A program made the translations under genes and the position numbers. A model generated the notes under the pieces. The model had not been told where the DNA came from. It made no database searches and saw only the letters and a program-made list of their open reading frames with translations. Shown piece after piece: positions 29,581-39,564 of a stretch of DNA of 54,766 bases. Every line of letters begins with the position of its first letter. Positions within the stretch are counted from its first letter, which is position 1. The stretch is from the NCBI GenBank assembly GCA_964646765.1, contig CAZYIA010000001.1:217339-272104 (forward strand). The letters run 5' to 3'. This DNA is from an uncultured Candidatus Saccharibacteria bacterium. Lineage in GTDB: Bacteria > Patescibacteriota > Minisyncoccia > Phycocordibacterales > UBA9973.

Positions 29581-29985
29581 TTAAGCGGTTAGTTTTGCTT
29601 GTAACTGGTTAAGGGTTCGAAGGAGTGAAGTGTCGTGGACCGTATCGCCGATTCTTACTTTTAGTCCTCCAAGGAGTCGGGCATCTACTTTCTCTAACAT
29701 GTGCACCTCGCGAGCTTTGTATTTTTTCTTCAGCGCTTCGCGAAGCTTCAAGCGAGTTTTCTCATCAAGGCGTTCAGTGAGCGTAACGGTAGCTTCAACA
29801 ATATTGTGCGCTTTGTTGTAGATTGCTCGGTACTCGGTGATGATGTCTTGCATCTTACCCATCATTCGTTTCTTGGCTACGAGCGGCACAAATTCTTTGA
29901 GTGCTTTTTTCTGATCTTCTTCGCTTTTGCCATCAGTGAGTTCGAAGAGAAGAAGTCCAAGTTCTTTTGGAGAAACTTTAGCCAT
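29581..29985 (-). CDS. atpH: F1Fo ATP synthase delta subunit (short)
   Basis: Position in operon; C-terminal VD..LLGGL.VRIGD.V.D.S motif; only 134 aa. Confidence 0.88.
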   Translation of the reverse strand: MAKVSPKELGLLLFELTDGKSEEDQKKALKEFVPLVAKKRMMGKMQDIITEYRAIYNKAHNIVEATVTLTERLDEKTRLKLREALKKKYKAREVHMLEKVDARLLGGLKVRIGDTVHDTSLLRTLNQLQAKLTA

Positions 29986-29989
29986 GCAC

Positions 29990-30490
29990 TTAACTCGATA
30001 CCTCCTTAATACTCTTATCTACTAGTTCATTTGAAAGCGGGCTTTTGAGAGTTCCTTCCAAAACTTTTTCAGTTGCTTTTACTACGATAGCTGCAAGCTC
30101 ACCTTTGGCACTTTCAAGCATTTTTGCTTTTTCAGCTTCAAGCGTTTGCTTACCCTGGGCGATCAACATATCAGCGTCAGATTTTGCACTCGCCAAAATG
30201 CGAGCCTTTTCTACTTCAGCATCTTTTTTCGCTACAGCCACAATATCAGCACCTTCGCGGCGAGCTTCGGCTAATGCTTTTTCATATTCAGTCTTGGTGT
30301 TTGCGAGTGTAGCTGCGTTTTCTTTTGCATCAGTGAGACCTTTTTCAATTTCACCCTTTCGTTCATCCATTAACTTGCCGAGTGGTTTTAATGCATAGCG
30401 ATAGAGCACAAAAAACACGATGGCGAAGTTAACCATCTGAGCGACAATGAGTTTCCAGTCAATATGAAATGTAGAAATGAGTGAATCCAT
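29990..30490 (-). CDS. atpF: F1Fo ATP synthase subunit b
   Basis: QMVNFAIVFFVLYRYA.KP....DER, then coiled coil. Confidence 0.95.
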   Translation of the reverse strand: MDSLISTFHIDWKLIVAQMVNFAIVFFVLYRYALKPLGKLMDERKGEIEKGLTDAKENAATLANTKTEYEKALAEARREGADIVAVAKKDAEVEKARILASAKSDADMLIAQGKQTLEAEKAKMLESAKGELAAIVVKATEKVLEGTLKSPLSNELVDKSIKEVSS

Positions 30491-30523
30491 AAATTTTATT
30501 ATTCTGGCTTACTGTCCAGAAGA

Positions 30524-30546
30524 CGATGCCGAGAAAATCGGCATCG
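30524..30546 (-). terminator. Hairpin between atpE and atpF
   Basis: Perfect 9-bp stem cgatgccga/tcggcatcg; weak U tract, so it may be a stability element rather than a terminator. Confidence 0.55.
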
Positions 30547-30557
30547 CTTTCCGAACA

Positions 30558-30782
<225 letters not shown>

Positions 30783-30865
30783 TTACTAATAACTAATAAA
30801 CATAATCACAATCCGTAACACGGATGGGTTCTTCTGAGAATTTTTCTCAAGAGAACTCATCTGTC

Positions 30866-31813
30866 TTAGTGGAGCGATACATCGGCAACTTCTCCAACTT
30901 CACTTTGCGCAAGCTTTGGCTCATCATGATCTTCTTCGTGAGCATCATGATCGTCAGAAGCAATCGTAAAATATACAGTGGTAAGCATAGCAAAGATAAG
31001 CGCTTGAATAACACCAACCAAAATTTCCAAGAAAAGGAATGGGATTGGTACAGCATACGCAACGAGTGCTGTCATTGAAGCTAAAAGCACTTCACCAGCA
31101 AAAACATTTCCGAACAGACGGAACGAGAGTGAAGCTATTTTTGCTACTTCACCAATGATTTCGAGTAAACCAACAAAGAACGTGATCGGGGCAACAACAA
31201 GCACGGTTGGATCTTTACGAACCTTGCTCGGAATACCTGCGAGCGCCTTTAAATTAACATACTTATTGAACATTTTCCAGGCGCCGATTGAGAGAACACC
31301 GAAAAGGTTTGCACCAAAAACAGCCATAATTGCTAGTGCAATTGTAGTGTTTACATCAGCGGTACCACTTCGAACAAATGGGATAAAGGCAAGGCCTTCA
31401 GCGCCATGTTCAACGAGGCCAAATCCGCCAAGAGGAAGGATACCTAACCAGTTATTAATAAGAACAAAAAAGAAAATGGAAATAGCGACTGGAAAGATTT
31501 TTTCTGATTTTTTATGATTACTCGTTACTTGATCAGCAAGTGAAAGCCCACCTTCCCAAATAGTTTCAAACAAAAACTGAAGTTTACCAGGAACTTTTTT
31601 AAGTCCAGCACGAAGCGCAACAGAAAGAACAACAATGATGAAAACAGCAGCCCAAGAAGTAACTAATGCGTTGGTGATTGGGAAACTACCAACATGAGCA
31701 ATCGGTTCAGCAAAAAGAGTACTCTCGTGCGAAATTTCTTGAGACGCTGGAGCGGCCTCATGCACTTCCTCAGTCGTTGTCTGTAATTCAGTTGTGGTTA
31801 GAGTGTTTTCCAT
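30866..31813 (-). CDS. atpB: F1Fo ATP synthase subunit a
   Basis: NNWLGILP, T.D.N.T, SLSFRLFGNVFAGE, GVIQA.IF..LT. Confidence 0.97.
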   Translation of the reverse strand: MENTLTTTELQTTTEEVHEAAPASQEISHESTLFAEPIAHVGSFPITNALVTSWAAVFIIVVLSVALRAGLKKVPGKLQFLFETIWEGGLSLADQVTSNHKKSEKIFPVAISIFFFVLINNWLGILPLGGFGLVEHGAEGLAFIPFVRSGTADVNTTIALAIMAVFGANLFGVLSIGAWKMFNKYVNLKALAGIPSKVRKDPTVLVVAPITFFVGLLEIIGEVAKIASLSFRLFGNVFAGEVLLASMTALVAYAVPIPFLFLEILVGVIQALIFAMLTTVYFTIASDDHDAHEEDHDEPKLAQSEVGEVADVSLH

Positions 31814-32069
31814 TGTTTGCTATTTGTTTTAATTCTTGGTCTTTGGAATATTTTTGTATTTCTCGAATAATACCGTAGCACGAGAGGAGGAACGCGATTC
31901 CAGTAGTAGCAACGAACGCCCACGGTTCTGTTCCCCACTTTCTATCCAAATATTTGCCAACAAAGAGAGCAAGAAGTATTGGACCAACGATCCACCCAGA
32001 TACTTTAGAGAACACAAGCATTGGCTCGTGCCACCAAATTCCAGAATCTTTTTTCTCCCCTTCTGGCAT
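31788..32069 (-). CDS. AtpZ/AtpI-like (ATPase gene 1) protein
   Basis: P.LL..F.G.YLD..WGT.PW motif; first gene of the operon; start moved to 32069 because the longer ORF runs through the tRNA. Confidence 0.85.
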   Translation of the reverse strand: MPEGEKKDSGIWWHEPMLVFSKVSGWIVGPILLALFVGKYLDRKWGTEPWAFVATTGIAFLLSCYGIIREIQKYSKDQELKQIANNGKHSNHN

Positions 32070-32143
32070 GGTGAGCGTGGAAGGAATCGGACCTTCGACC
32101 TCTGTCTTATCAGGACAGCGTTCTACCACTGAACTACACGCTC
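32069..32143 (-). tRNA. tRNA-Ile (anticodon GAU), CCA encoded
   Basis: Cloverleaf GAGCGTG-TA-GTTC/AGTGGTA/GAAC-G-CTGTC/CTGATAA/GACAG-AGGTC-GAAGG/TCCGATT/CCTTC-CACGCTC-A-CCA, 75 nt. Confidence 0.95.
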
Positions 32144-32185
32144 AACTAGCAAAAATAAAGGCACTTATTGCAAAGTGTCGCGACA

Positions 32186-32194
32186 ACTATAACA
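32186..32194 (-). promoter_or_regulatory. Extended -10 promoter for tRNA-Ile and probably the atp operon
   Basis: TGtTATAGT about 40 nt upstream of the tRNA 5' end. Confidence 0.5.
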
Positions 32195-32246
32195 AAAAAT
32201 ACCCTTAAATGCAAAGACCTATTGAGAAATAAGCCTTATTCGCTAA

Positions 32247-33230
32247 TTATTCCTCTTCTTCAGCATCCCCTACAGTGCCACTCTGGAGAGCTTCGATGAT
32301 TTTTTCAATTTTCCCTTCCATAATAGCGGGAATATTTGACCATGACTGCTTAATGCGGTGGTCGGTTACCCGATCTTGTGGAAAGTTGTAGGTTCGAATT
32401 TTTTCACTTCTATCACCGGTACCAATTTGGTTTTTACGTTCACCAGCATATTTTTTCGCTTCCTCTTCTTCTTTCATTTGCTGAAGCTTGGCAGTCAAAA
32501 TCTGGAGTGCCTTTTCACGGTTAGCAACTTGGCTACGCTCAGAGGTTGAGCGTACATCAATACCAGTTGGTTTATGGATAAGGCGCACTGCAGTTTCAAC
32601 CTTATTCACGTTTTGTCCACCAGCACCACCTGAACGAGAATATTCCATATCAAGGTCAGCTGGATTAATTTCGAAGGTGACTTTTTTACGAAGTGGAAGT
32701 ACCGCAACTGAAGCTGTTGAAGTATGAATACGGCCATTTTTCTCGGTCGCTGGAATACGTTGCACACGATGCACCCCGGTTTCGTAGCGCATCAACCGAT
32801 ACACGTCCTTACCACGAATTTCAAAAGAGGCTTCTTTATATCCACCAACACCATTTTCAGAAACATAGTTTGTTTTCCATCCCCAACCAAGCGATTCACC
32901 ATATTTTTCATACATATGGGCGAGTTCCCAGGCAAAAAGTGAGGCTTCATCGCCACCAGCGCCAGCTCGAACTTCCATAATAATTTCATTGGGAAATTCT
33001 TCTTCCTCTTTTTCACTTTCTAAAATTTCTTCAATTTGTTTTTCGATACCCTCTCGTTGGATACGAAAACTTTCAAGATCATCTTTGGCGAGCTCAAAGA
33101 GCGACGGATCTTCAGCGACCGTTTTCTTTACCGTTTCTTCCTCAATTTCAAGCCGCTCGTACATATCAACGAGATAGCCGATTTTCGGATTTTTGCGGAG
33201 TTCATCGCGCTTGGTAAGTTCTAATGCCAT
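32247..33230 (-). CDS. prfA: Peptide chain release factor 1
   Basis: HRVQRIPAT (PxT specificity motif), [10 protein letters not shown]; start moved to MALELTK. Confidence 0.95.
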   Translation of the reverse strand: MALELTKRDELRKNPKIGYLVDMYERLEIEEETVKKTVAEDPSLFELAKDDLESFRIQREGIEKQIEEILESEKEEEEFPNEIIMEVRAGAGGDEASLFAWELAHMYEKYGESLGWGWKTNYVSENGVGGYKEASFEIRGKDVYRLMRYETGVHRVQRIPATEKNGRIHTSTASVAVLPLRKKVTFEINPADLDMEYSRSGGAGGQNVNKVETAVRLIHKPTGIDVRSTSERSQVANREKALQILTAKLQQMKEEEEAKKYAGERKNQIGTGDRSEKIRTYNFPQDRVTDHRIKQSWSNIPAIMEGKIEKIIEALQSGTVGDAEEEE

Positions 33231-33281
33231 GTGATTACATAATAGCAAAAAAGACCCATGCTGGGCCTTTCTCGCGGTACG

Positions 33282-33548
33282 TTACTTCTTTTTTGAAGCA
33301 GAAGCTGCTTGGCGCTTCTTGAAGCGGTCAACGCGTCCAGCAGTGTCGAGAACGACTTCGTTACCAGTGTAGAACGGGTGTGAAGCACTTGAGATTTCAA
33401 CGCGGTAGATTGGATACTCTTTGCCATCAGCTTTGTAGGTGCCAGTTTCTTTCGTGTCTACAGTTGAAGCAATCAAAAACTGCTCTCCGTTTGCCATATC
33501 TTCGAAGATAACAAGGCGGTAATTTTTCGGGTGTACGTCTTTTTTCAT
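33282..33548 (-). CDS. rpmE2: 50S ribosomal protein L31 type B
   Basis: [33 protein letters not shown]; no Zn-binding cysteines. Confidence 0.95.
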   Translation of the reverse strand: MKKDVHPKNYRLVIFEDMANGEQFLIASTVDTKETGTYKADGKEYPIYRVEISSASHPFYTGNEVVLDTAGRVDRFKKRQAASASKKK

Positions 33549-33600
33549 ATGAGTGGTGCCAGATTACCATGAATTACGGGCATTTGCAACTGCTTTAGAT

Positions 33601-34986
33601 CTATCGTTTTGAAACACCGTATTGTTTCAAGTAGTCGATATCGTCTTGCACGTCATTAGCTCGATTCATAACTTGGGTACCGTAGAAGCCATTAAAATTA
33701 TAACTTCCACAAGCTTTACCAGAGTAATACTTACATGCAGCGTTCTTTTCAGCAGAGAATGTTTGAGCAGCAGCCCCGAGGTCACGAAGATACACAGCAG
33801 AAGCAATGAAGGCATGTCGTGGATTCCAAGGATCTCCAGGTGCTCCGAGCACATCTTGAATCTTTGAAGCATAGAGCTTCCAAGTAGAAGGAATGAACTG
33901 TGAAGGACCCATAGCACCTCCATAACCCGTCGAAAGTGGACACGAGACCACTTGTGCAAATGGGTCACGGCCGAGACCGCGAGTAAGCTGAAGATAATAA
34001 TCAATACCAGCCCCAGGTTTCATTAAACGAACAGTTTGACCATTTGAAACACGTACACCCTGACCAGTGGTAGCATCAGTAAGTTTACATTTTCCAACGT
34101 TTGCCCCAAGGTTACTCTCTTGAATAACAAGTGAAATTAAGAAGGCTGGGCGAACCCCGGTAAGACGTTCTGCCTCTTCCGCATAGTTTAACGCTTCATC
34201 GAAACGAATCGGACGATCAACACCGGCAAGGTTAACCAATTTTGCCTTAATCGTGTCTACTTTTTTCTGAATATCAGATAATGCAGATTGAATATCTTTT
34301 TCTTTTTTCTTTGAAACATCGAGATACTTTGCTTGCTCAGCTTTTGACTTCTCTACTTCTTTAGCGGCACGCTCGATAGCAGCTTTGGCATCTTGCTCCT
34401 GATTCTGCTTTTCTTCAAGAAGTTGTTTTTCTGTTTCGGTTTCAGCTTGAACACCGCGAATAGTGTCTACTGACTTCTTAATAGAACCTTTAAGAGTCGT
34501 AAAAGAATTCAGGTCTTCGTAAAACGAAGAAACCGTATCTTTTGAGAGAATAAGATGCACTAAGTTTCGTTCTTCGTATTCGTCACTCTTACGTACCAGT
34601 TGGGCGAGAGATTCTTTTTCACGGTCAATTTTCTCGAGTAGTGATTCAATTTTATCCTTTCGCTCAGTAATTTCTCCCCCCAGCTTTTTAATGGTGAGGT
34701 TTTTAGCCTTGATATCGAGCTTAGCCTTATCAATTTTTGTTTTAAGAATGTTTATTTCTCGCTGGATTGAGAGAGACTCACCTTGCTGACTTTTCAGTAA
34801 TTCGGTTTTTTGGGCAATTTGAGCTTGGAGGTCAGCAAGCTGCGCTTCGAGCACAGCACGGTCTTCCGTAGCTGACTGCACTGTTTCTTGGGCATACAGA
34901 GTAGTGGCTCCTAAAAAACCAAACCCGCCTACAATAAGTAGGAGGGCTAGGTAGAGAGACAATTTTGATGAGAAGGAACGAAACAT
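33601..34986 (-). CDS. Secreted coiled-coil protein with C-terminal lytic transglycosylase (SLT_2-like) domain
   Basis: Signal anchor, long PcsB/CwlO-like coiled coil, then QESNLG, GAMGPSQFIPSTW, DPWN...A..ASA.YL. Confidence 0.85.
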   Translation of the reverse strand: MFRSFSSKLSLYLALLLIVGGFGFLGATTLYAQETVQSATEDRAVLEAQLADLQAQIAQKTELLKSQQGESLSIQREINILKTKIDKAKLDIKAKNLTIKKLGGEITERKDKIESLLEKIDREKESLAQLVRKSDEYEERNLVHLILSKDTVSSFYEDLNSFTTLKGSIKKSVDTIRGVQAETETEKQLLEEKQNQEQDAKAAIERAAKEVEKSKAEQAKYLDVSKKKEKDIQSALSDIQKKVDTIKAKLVNLAGVDRPIRFDEALNYAEEAERLTGVRPAFLISLVIQESNLGANVGKCKLTDATTGQGVRVSNGQTVRLMKPGAGIDYYLQLTRGLGRDPFAQVVSCPLSTGYGGAMGPSQFIPSTWKLYASKIQDVLGAPGDPWNPRHAFIASAVYLRDLGAAAQTFSAEKNAACKYYSGKACGSYNFNGFYGTQVMNRANDVQDDIDYLKQYGVSKR

Positions 34987-35018
34987 AAGGACTAAGGCGA
35001 GGATCTACTAAACTATTA

Positions 35019-35651
35019 CTATTCTGTAGACGGCGCTTCTTCCTCTTTCTTACCTTTTTTCTCAACTTCGATGGCTGAGAGATCGATAGGAGCTTCTTCT
35101 TTTTCTTCTTTCTGAGCAGCAACTGAGGCAACAATGTCAGTTTCTTTTGCTATAGCGGTAACACCAGCTGGGAGTTTGATATCAGCGACACTGATATGCC
35201 CATCGAGTGTTTCGAGAGAACTAACGTCTACAGAAACAGAGTGCGGGAGATCTTTTGGAAGTGCAGAAATCTGGAGTTCGTGCATAACCTTAACCAAAGT
35301 TCCAAGCCCTGCTTTCACCGCAGGAGATACTCCTGTGAATTCAATTGGCACTGAAACTGTAATCGGCTTCGAAGTATCAACTGCGAGAAAATCAACGTGA
35401 ATTGGCTTGTAGGTAACTGCATCAAATTGAACTTCATGGATAAGTGCATCGAACTTTTTACCGCCAGCAGAAACAGAAACGGTGGTAGATTCACCTGCTC
35501 CCTTAAAGACCTTGTCGAATTCCTTAGCCGAAAGAGTAATCATTTGGGAAGTGCTACCACTACCATAGATAATGCCCGGAATCTGGCCGTTCTTGCGGAG
35601 ATACTCGTTGCTGTCCTTTGTATTGCGGACTTGTGCTTCAATCGTAAACAT
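35019..35651 (-). CDS. rplY: 50S ribosomal protein L25 (Ctc-type, full length)
   Basis: LR..G.IPGIIYG, EVQFD.V...PIHVDF, LP..I.VDVS.L; start 35651 or 35663. Confidence 0.95.
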   Translation of the reverse strand: MFTIEAQVRNTKDSNEYLRKNGQIPGIIYGSGSTSQMITLSAKEFDKVFKGAGESTTVSVSAGGKKFDALIHEVQFDAVTYKPIHVDFLAVDTSKPITVSVPIEFTGVSPAVKAGLGTLVKVMHELQISALPKDLPHSVSVDVSSLETLDGHISVADIKLPAGVTAIAKETDIVASVAAQKEEKEEAPIDLSAIEVEKKGKKEEEAPSTE

Positions 35652-35716
35652 AGTAACCGCCATTGTAACAGAAAAAGCTTATTTGGCAACCCAAACACTG
35701 CTACGGGCTCGCTTTT

Positions 35717-37417
35717 CTAGCCTATTGCCGAAATAATATCCTCTTTAGTCCCCTCAACCTTCTTTTTGGGATTAAAGATCCGAAGCGGGTCAAACATCAT
35801 TTTCACTTCTTCAAAGAGAGAAACAATATGCTCACCATACATTTTTGGGAGATACGGGGTGCGAATAATACCATCATTGTGTTCAGCGGTAATGGTTCCG
35901 CCGTATGAAAGTACCAAGCTGTAGACTTCTTCTGAAACTGCAAGAATTGTTTCTCCCGCAAATTTGTCTTTCAAGTTCATGAGCGGAATAATATGAAAAT
36001 TACCATTCGCCGCATGCCCATGAATGTTATAGGTGAGTTTGTGACGCTCCAGAATTTCTGTAAGCTTTGGCAGAAATTCTGGAAGTTTTTCAGCTGGGAC
36101 AGCAACATCGTCAATAAACGGTGCTGTTCGTAAACCTTTGAAGTGCTCGCGAAGCAGGGCAAATGAATCATGACGGATCGTCCAATACTTTTCACTTTCC
36201 ACCTTATCAAACACTAATCGTGATGAAAGATTTGGATACTGTTTGATTTTTTCGATGAACGAATTAAGCGACGGAGTTATTTCTTCGAGTGAGTCCCCTG
36301 AGTACGTCACTAAAAGAACAAGTTTTGGCATACCACCAAACATCATACGAAGCTCAGGTAAAAATGAAAGACCAAGTTTGAGTGCTCCAATAAAACCTCG
36401 CTTCTTGATGAATCCAGCCCAAAAACGAATAGCGAGAGTAATTGTCTTATCATCGTACGCTTCTACTGTTTCAAGGTTTGGCGCTTTAGCAGCATTTACA
36501 ATTTCACCAAGAGCTTCGAGGGAATGCATAAACACCACCGCCATACCACTTACCGGCTTTGGAGTTACTAGTCGAAGTTTAATTTTTGTCACAATACCTA
36601 ATGTTCCTTGTGAACCAACAACTAATTTGGGTAAATCAAAAACTTCTTCGGTGCCGTTCGAGTGAATAACATTCCAAAGTGTGTACCCCGCTGAATTTTT
36701 AGAAACTTTTGGCCGAGCAGCTGAAATTGCAGCACGTTCACGCGTAAGCAACGCTTGAAGATTTGCATACAGTTTTCCTTCAAATCCACCAAGGGATACT
36801 TTTTCGGTAAGTTCTTTCTGCGAAAGTGGTTTAACAATGTATTCGTTACCATCCGAGAGCACGATAGAAAGTTCAGCAACATATTCTTCGGTCTTACCGT
36901 ATTCGAGCGTTAATTCTCCACCGGAGTTGTTACCTACCATACCACCAAGCGCATTAATACTTTTTGAAGCGGTAAAAGACGGCAGTAATAAATTTTTCTT
37001 CGCTGCCTCTTTTTCAAAATCCCGGTAGTATACGCCAGGTTCAACAATTGCTTCGCCAGAAATTTTTATTTTCTTTTCTGGAGCAAATACAGGCACCATA
37101 TCGTACGGTGCTACGGTATCAATTGAGAGAATATGATTCATGTAGCGTGTCGTATCTAGCACAATTGAATGTGTTAGCGAGCCGCCAGCCATACACGTAC
37201 CTGCCGCGCGAGCAGTAATTGAAAGTTCAGGGTATTCTTTCTTTTTTTCTTCTACAAAACGAACTAACTTTTGAACATCACTCGTCTCTTTGGGAAAAAC
37301 TACCAGTGTTGGTCGCACCGAAAAAAGACTCGCGTCATGACTATACTTTTCGAGCACTTCAGGAGTATGTTCAACATCTCCCTGAAAGAATTTTTTTATT
37401 TCTGTACTGAGTTCCAT
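35717..37417 (-). CDS. FAD-binding oxidoreductase (GlcD/D-lactate dehydrogenase-like)
   Basis: YSHDAS, ITARAAGT.MAGG, LGGMVGNNSGG, GSQGTLGIVT, HGHAANGNFH, GTITAEHNDG. Confidence 0.88.
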   Translation of the reverse strand: MELSTEIKKFFQGDVEHTPEVLEKYSHDASLFSVRPTLVVFPKETSDVQKLVRFVEEKKKEYPELSITARAAGTCMAGGSLTHSIVLDTTRYMNHILSIDTVAPYDMVPVFAPEKKIKISGEAIVEPGVYYRDFEKEAAKKNLLLPSFTASKSINALGGMVGNNSGGELTLEYGKTEEYVAELSIVLSDGNEYIVKPLSQKELTEKVSLGGFEGKLYANLQALLTRERAAISAARPKVSKNSAGYTLWNVIHSNGTEEVFDLPKLVVGSQGTLGIVTKIKLRLVTPKPVSGMAVVFMHSLEALGEIVNAAKAPNLETVEAYDDKTITLAIRFWAGFIKKRGFIGALKLGLSFLPELRMMFGGMPKLVLLVTYSGDSLEEITPSLNSFIEKIKQYPNLSSRLVFDKVESEKYWTIRHDSFALLREHFKGLRTAPFIDDVAVPAEKLPEFLPKLTEILERHKLTYNIHGHAANGNFHIIPLMNLKDKFAGETILAVSEEVYSLVLSYGGTITAEHNDGIIRTPYLPKMYGEHIVSLFEEVKMMFDPLRIFNPKKKVEGTKEDIISAIG

Positions 37418-37419
37418 AA

Positions 37420-37743
37420 TTACCAAGCTAATAGACCAATAGAAATAATACCGAATAAAAGACCGACGCCCTGTGCTATACCCACCTGCTCTTTAAAGAA
37501 GAGGACGCCTAGGAGTATCGCGAAAACGGCTGAACCAACTGAAAAGATAACTGCACCACGAGCAAGCCCCGCGCCGTTTTTTAATGCAATCAAAAAGAAA
37601 ATGTTCCCAATAATATATCCGAGAATCGCACACACAGCTAGGAGTAGCGAACCTTTAACTGCGTACTGTTTTGCAAAAAAATCAGCAACAAGTTCAAAGA
37701 GAATGAGTATCGATATCGGTAGAATCCAAGAGTACGCTTGCAT
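37420..37743 (-). CDS. Small DMT/SMR-like four-TM transporter
   Basis: About 107 aa, four TM segments, membrane-embedded Glu in TM1, GVLFFKE motif. Confidence 0.72.
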   Translation of the reverse strand: MQAYSWILPISILILFELVADFFAKQYAVKGSLLLAVCAILGYIIGNIFFLIALKNGAGLARGAVIFSVGSAVFAILLGVLFFKEQVGIAQGVGLLFGIISIGLLAW

Positions 37744-37744
37744 A

Positions 37745-38743
37745 CTAAGCAAACTGTCCTACACTCGCCAAGCTGTTTGCTTTGGCTCGATCAACTAAGA
37801 AAGCTTGCGCGCTAGCTACATCTTGGGGATTTTTTGCCCACGCAACAAGCGCAGGATTTTGAATGCCACGGCCGTATGAAAATGTTAACGCCCATGGAAG
37901 ATCCATACCTTTATGCATGAGGTTCAGATGCATGGTTGCATCATCATCACTCTGTCCGCCGGAGAGAAATACGATACCGCCGATATTTTTGGGTACATGA
38001 GCTTTTAATACTTCAACAGTTTTTTCTGCAACTTCCTGCTGTGACGCACGACTTGCGGCGTCTTTACCTGAAAGTACCATGCTTGTTTTAAGAATCACTC
38101 CGGGCATATGTACTCCAGCTAGCGTAAGCTCATTAAAAAGTGCATCGAGGGTTTTTCCAACAACAAGAGCGCAACGATCAATCGAGTGTGTTCCATCAAT
38201 TAAAACTTCTGGTTCAACAATCGGTACGATATCTGCCTCTTGAGCAAGAGCTGCATAGTAGGCCATCAGCGCAGCATTTGTATGTAAGCAGGCATCGCTT
38301 GGTAATGTATCGGTAATAGTAATTACTGCACGCCACTTTGAAAATGTAGCGCCCATGGCTTTATATTCTGCAAATCGTGTACGAAGGCCATCAAGACCTT
38401 CAGTAACTTTTTCGCCTGGATGTAGCGCGAGGTCTTGCGTACCAGCATCCACCTTAATACCTGGATCAATTCCTTTTTGTTTTAAGACTTCAGCAAATGG
38501 AACTCCAGCAGTAGTTGCTTGGCGAATTGTTTCATCAAAAAGAATAAATCCTGAAACATACTCTTCAATACCTGGGGCCGTTACCAATAAATCACGATAG
38601 TCACGACGCTTTTCAACAGTAGTCGGAACTCCTAATTTTTCGAATCGTTTATTACAGGTCGCGATACTTTCATCAATGGCTAAAATTCCTTTCGGAGCGG
38701 CAACTAATCGCTTAGCGGTTGCCTCAAGGGTGGCTGTATTCAT
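37745..38743 (-). CDS. Class I fructose-bisphosphate aldolase
   Basis: KGILAIDES, ILFDETI, GIKVDAG, KWRAV, VPIVEPEV, ILKTSMV, FLSGGQS, TFSYGR. Confidence 0.96.
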   Translation of the reverse strand: MNTATLEATAKRLVAAPKGILAIDESIATCNKRFEKLGVPTTVEKRRDYRDLLVTAPGIEEYVSGFILFDETIRQATTAGVPFAEVLKQKGIDPGIKVDAGTQDLALHPGEKVTEGLDGLRTRFAEYKAMGATFSKWRAVITITDTLPSDACLHTNAALMAYYAALAQEADIVPIVEPEVLIDGTHSIDRCALVVGKTLDALFNELTLAGVHMPGVILKTSMVLSGKDAASRASQQEVAEKTVEVLKAHVPKNIGGIVFLSGGQSDDDATMHLNLMHKGMDLPWALTFSYGRGIQNPALVAWAKNPQDVASAQAFLVDRAKANSLASVGQFA

Positions 38744-38767
38744 ACGTAAAAAGTATACCATTGAAGT

Positions 38768-38803
38768 AAAAAAGCCACCTGTGGGTTACAGAGGCGGCTT
38801 TTT
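38768..38803. terminator. Terminator after the 38821..39360 gene
   Basis: aaaaagcc...ggcttttt hairpin. Confidence 0.65.
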
Positions 38804-38820
38804 CAAATTTGTGTGTACTA

Positions 38821-39360
38821 CTATTTAACCTTGCGGCCATGAGCAGTCCGTGACTTGCGTTGTGATTTATCTATTTGATGTAAATCCACCAACAGATAGG
38901 CATATTTTGCATCAGTAAAATATACCTCACTCTGGTCTCCATAGTGAACCTTGCCTACGTTGTTATTCCAGTCAGATGCAAGAAGAACGTACTTACCTCC
39001 AGCTGAAGGATTAACACCGAAAGTAAGAAAATAACTATCCGAAATCTCAAATGAGATAAACAACTTGGTATCATTTGGCATTTGGACCAAGACACCTTTT
39101 GTCCCTTTCGAAATAGTAATTTCTTCTATCTTAGTGTTGTTCACTATTTTTACTTTACCGTGAACAATTTTATCTGAACCTTTAGGAATTTCTCTTTGCA
39201 GAAGAACATCCTCGGAAAGATAAAACTGTATCTTTTTCATCTGCGGCTCAGCCCAGTTATGGGACTTTCGCATTGAATCGGTTAGTGGTTGCAGGTTTTT
39301 GCATGACGGCAAAAAACTGATTACAAAAAATGAGAAAATAATTAATGGTATCGATTTCAT
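38821..39360 (-). CDS. Hypothetical lipoprotein
   Basis: Signal peptide ending in a lipobox-like LPSC; own promoter and terminator. Confidence 0.72.
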   Translation of the reverse strand: MKSIPLIIFSFFVISFLPSCKNLQPLTDSMRKSHNWAEPQMKKIQFYLSEDVLLQREIPKGSDKIVHGKVKIVNNTKIEEITISKGTKGVLVQMPNDTKLFISFEISDSYFLTFGVNPSAGGKYVLLASDWNNNVGKVHYGDQSEVYFTDAKYAYLLVDLHQIDKSQRKSRTAHGRKVK

Positions 39361-39459
39361 ATAGAATAAATTATTTATGGTTAGTAATATTTAGAGACCA
39401 AAAAGCTCGGAAAGCTCTTAAGTCTCTAAACATCACCTTTTTCAAGGAACTATTCTTAT

Positions 39460-39488
39460 ATTTTACCATATTTATAGCACTTAGTCAA
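39460..39488 (-). promoter_or_regulatory. Sigma70-type promoter
   Basis: TTGACT-17 nt-TAAAAT with TG extension. Confidence 0.65.
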
Positions 39489-39564
39489 TAAGGACAAACC
39501 TTGTAAAATAAGGCTATAATCGTGATATAGTAGTTAAACTTTTGCTAAAATAACGCTCACATTT

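Noticed and set aside
32070-32129. N-terminal extension of ORF 31788..32129
   Set aside because: It is the tRNA-Ile sequence read in frame; not plausible coding sequence
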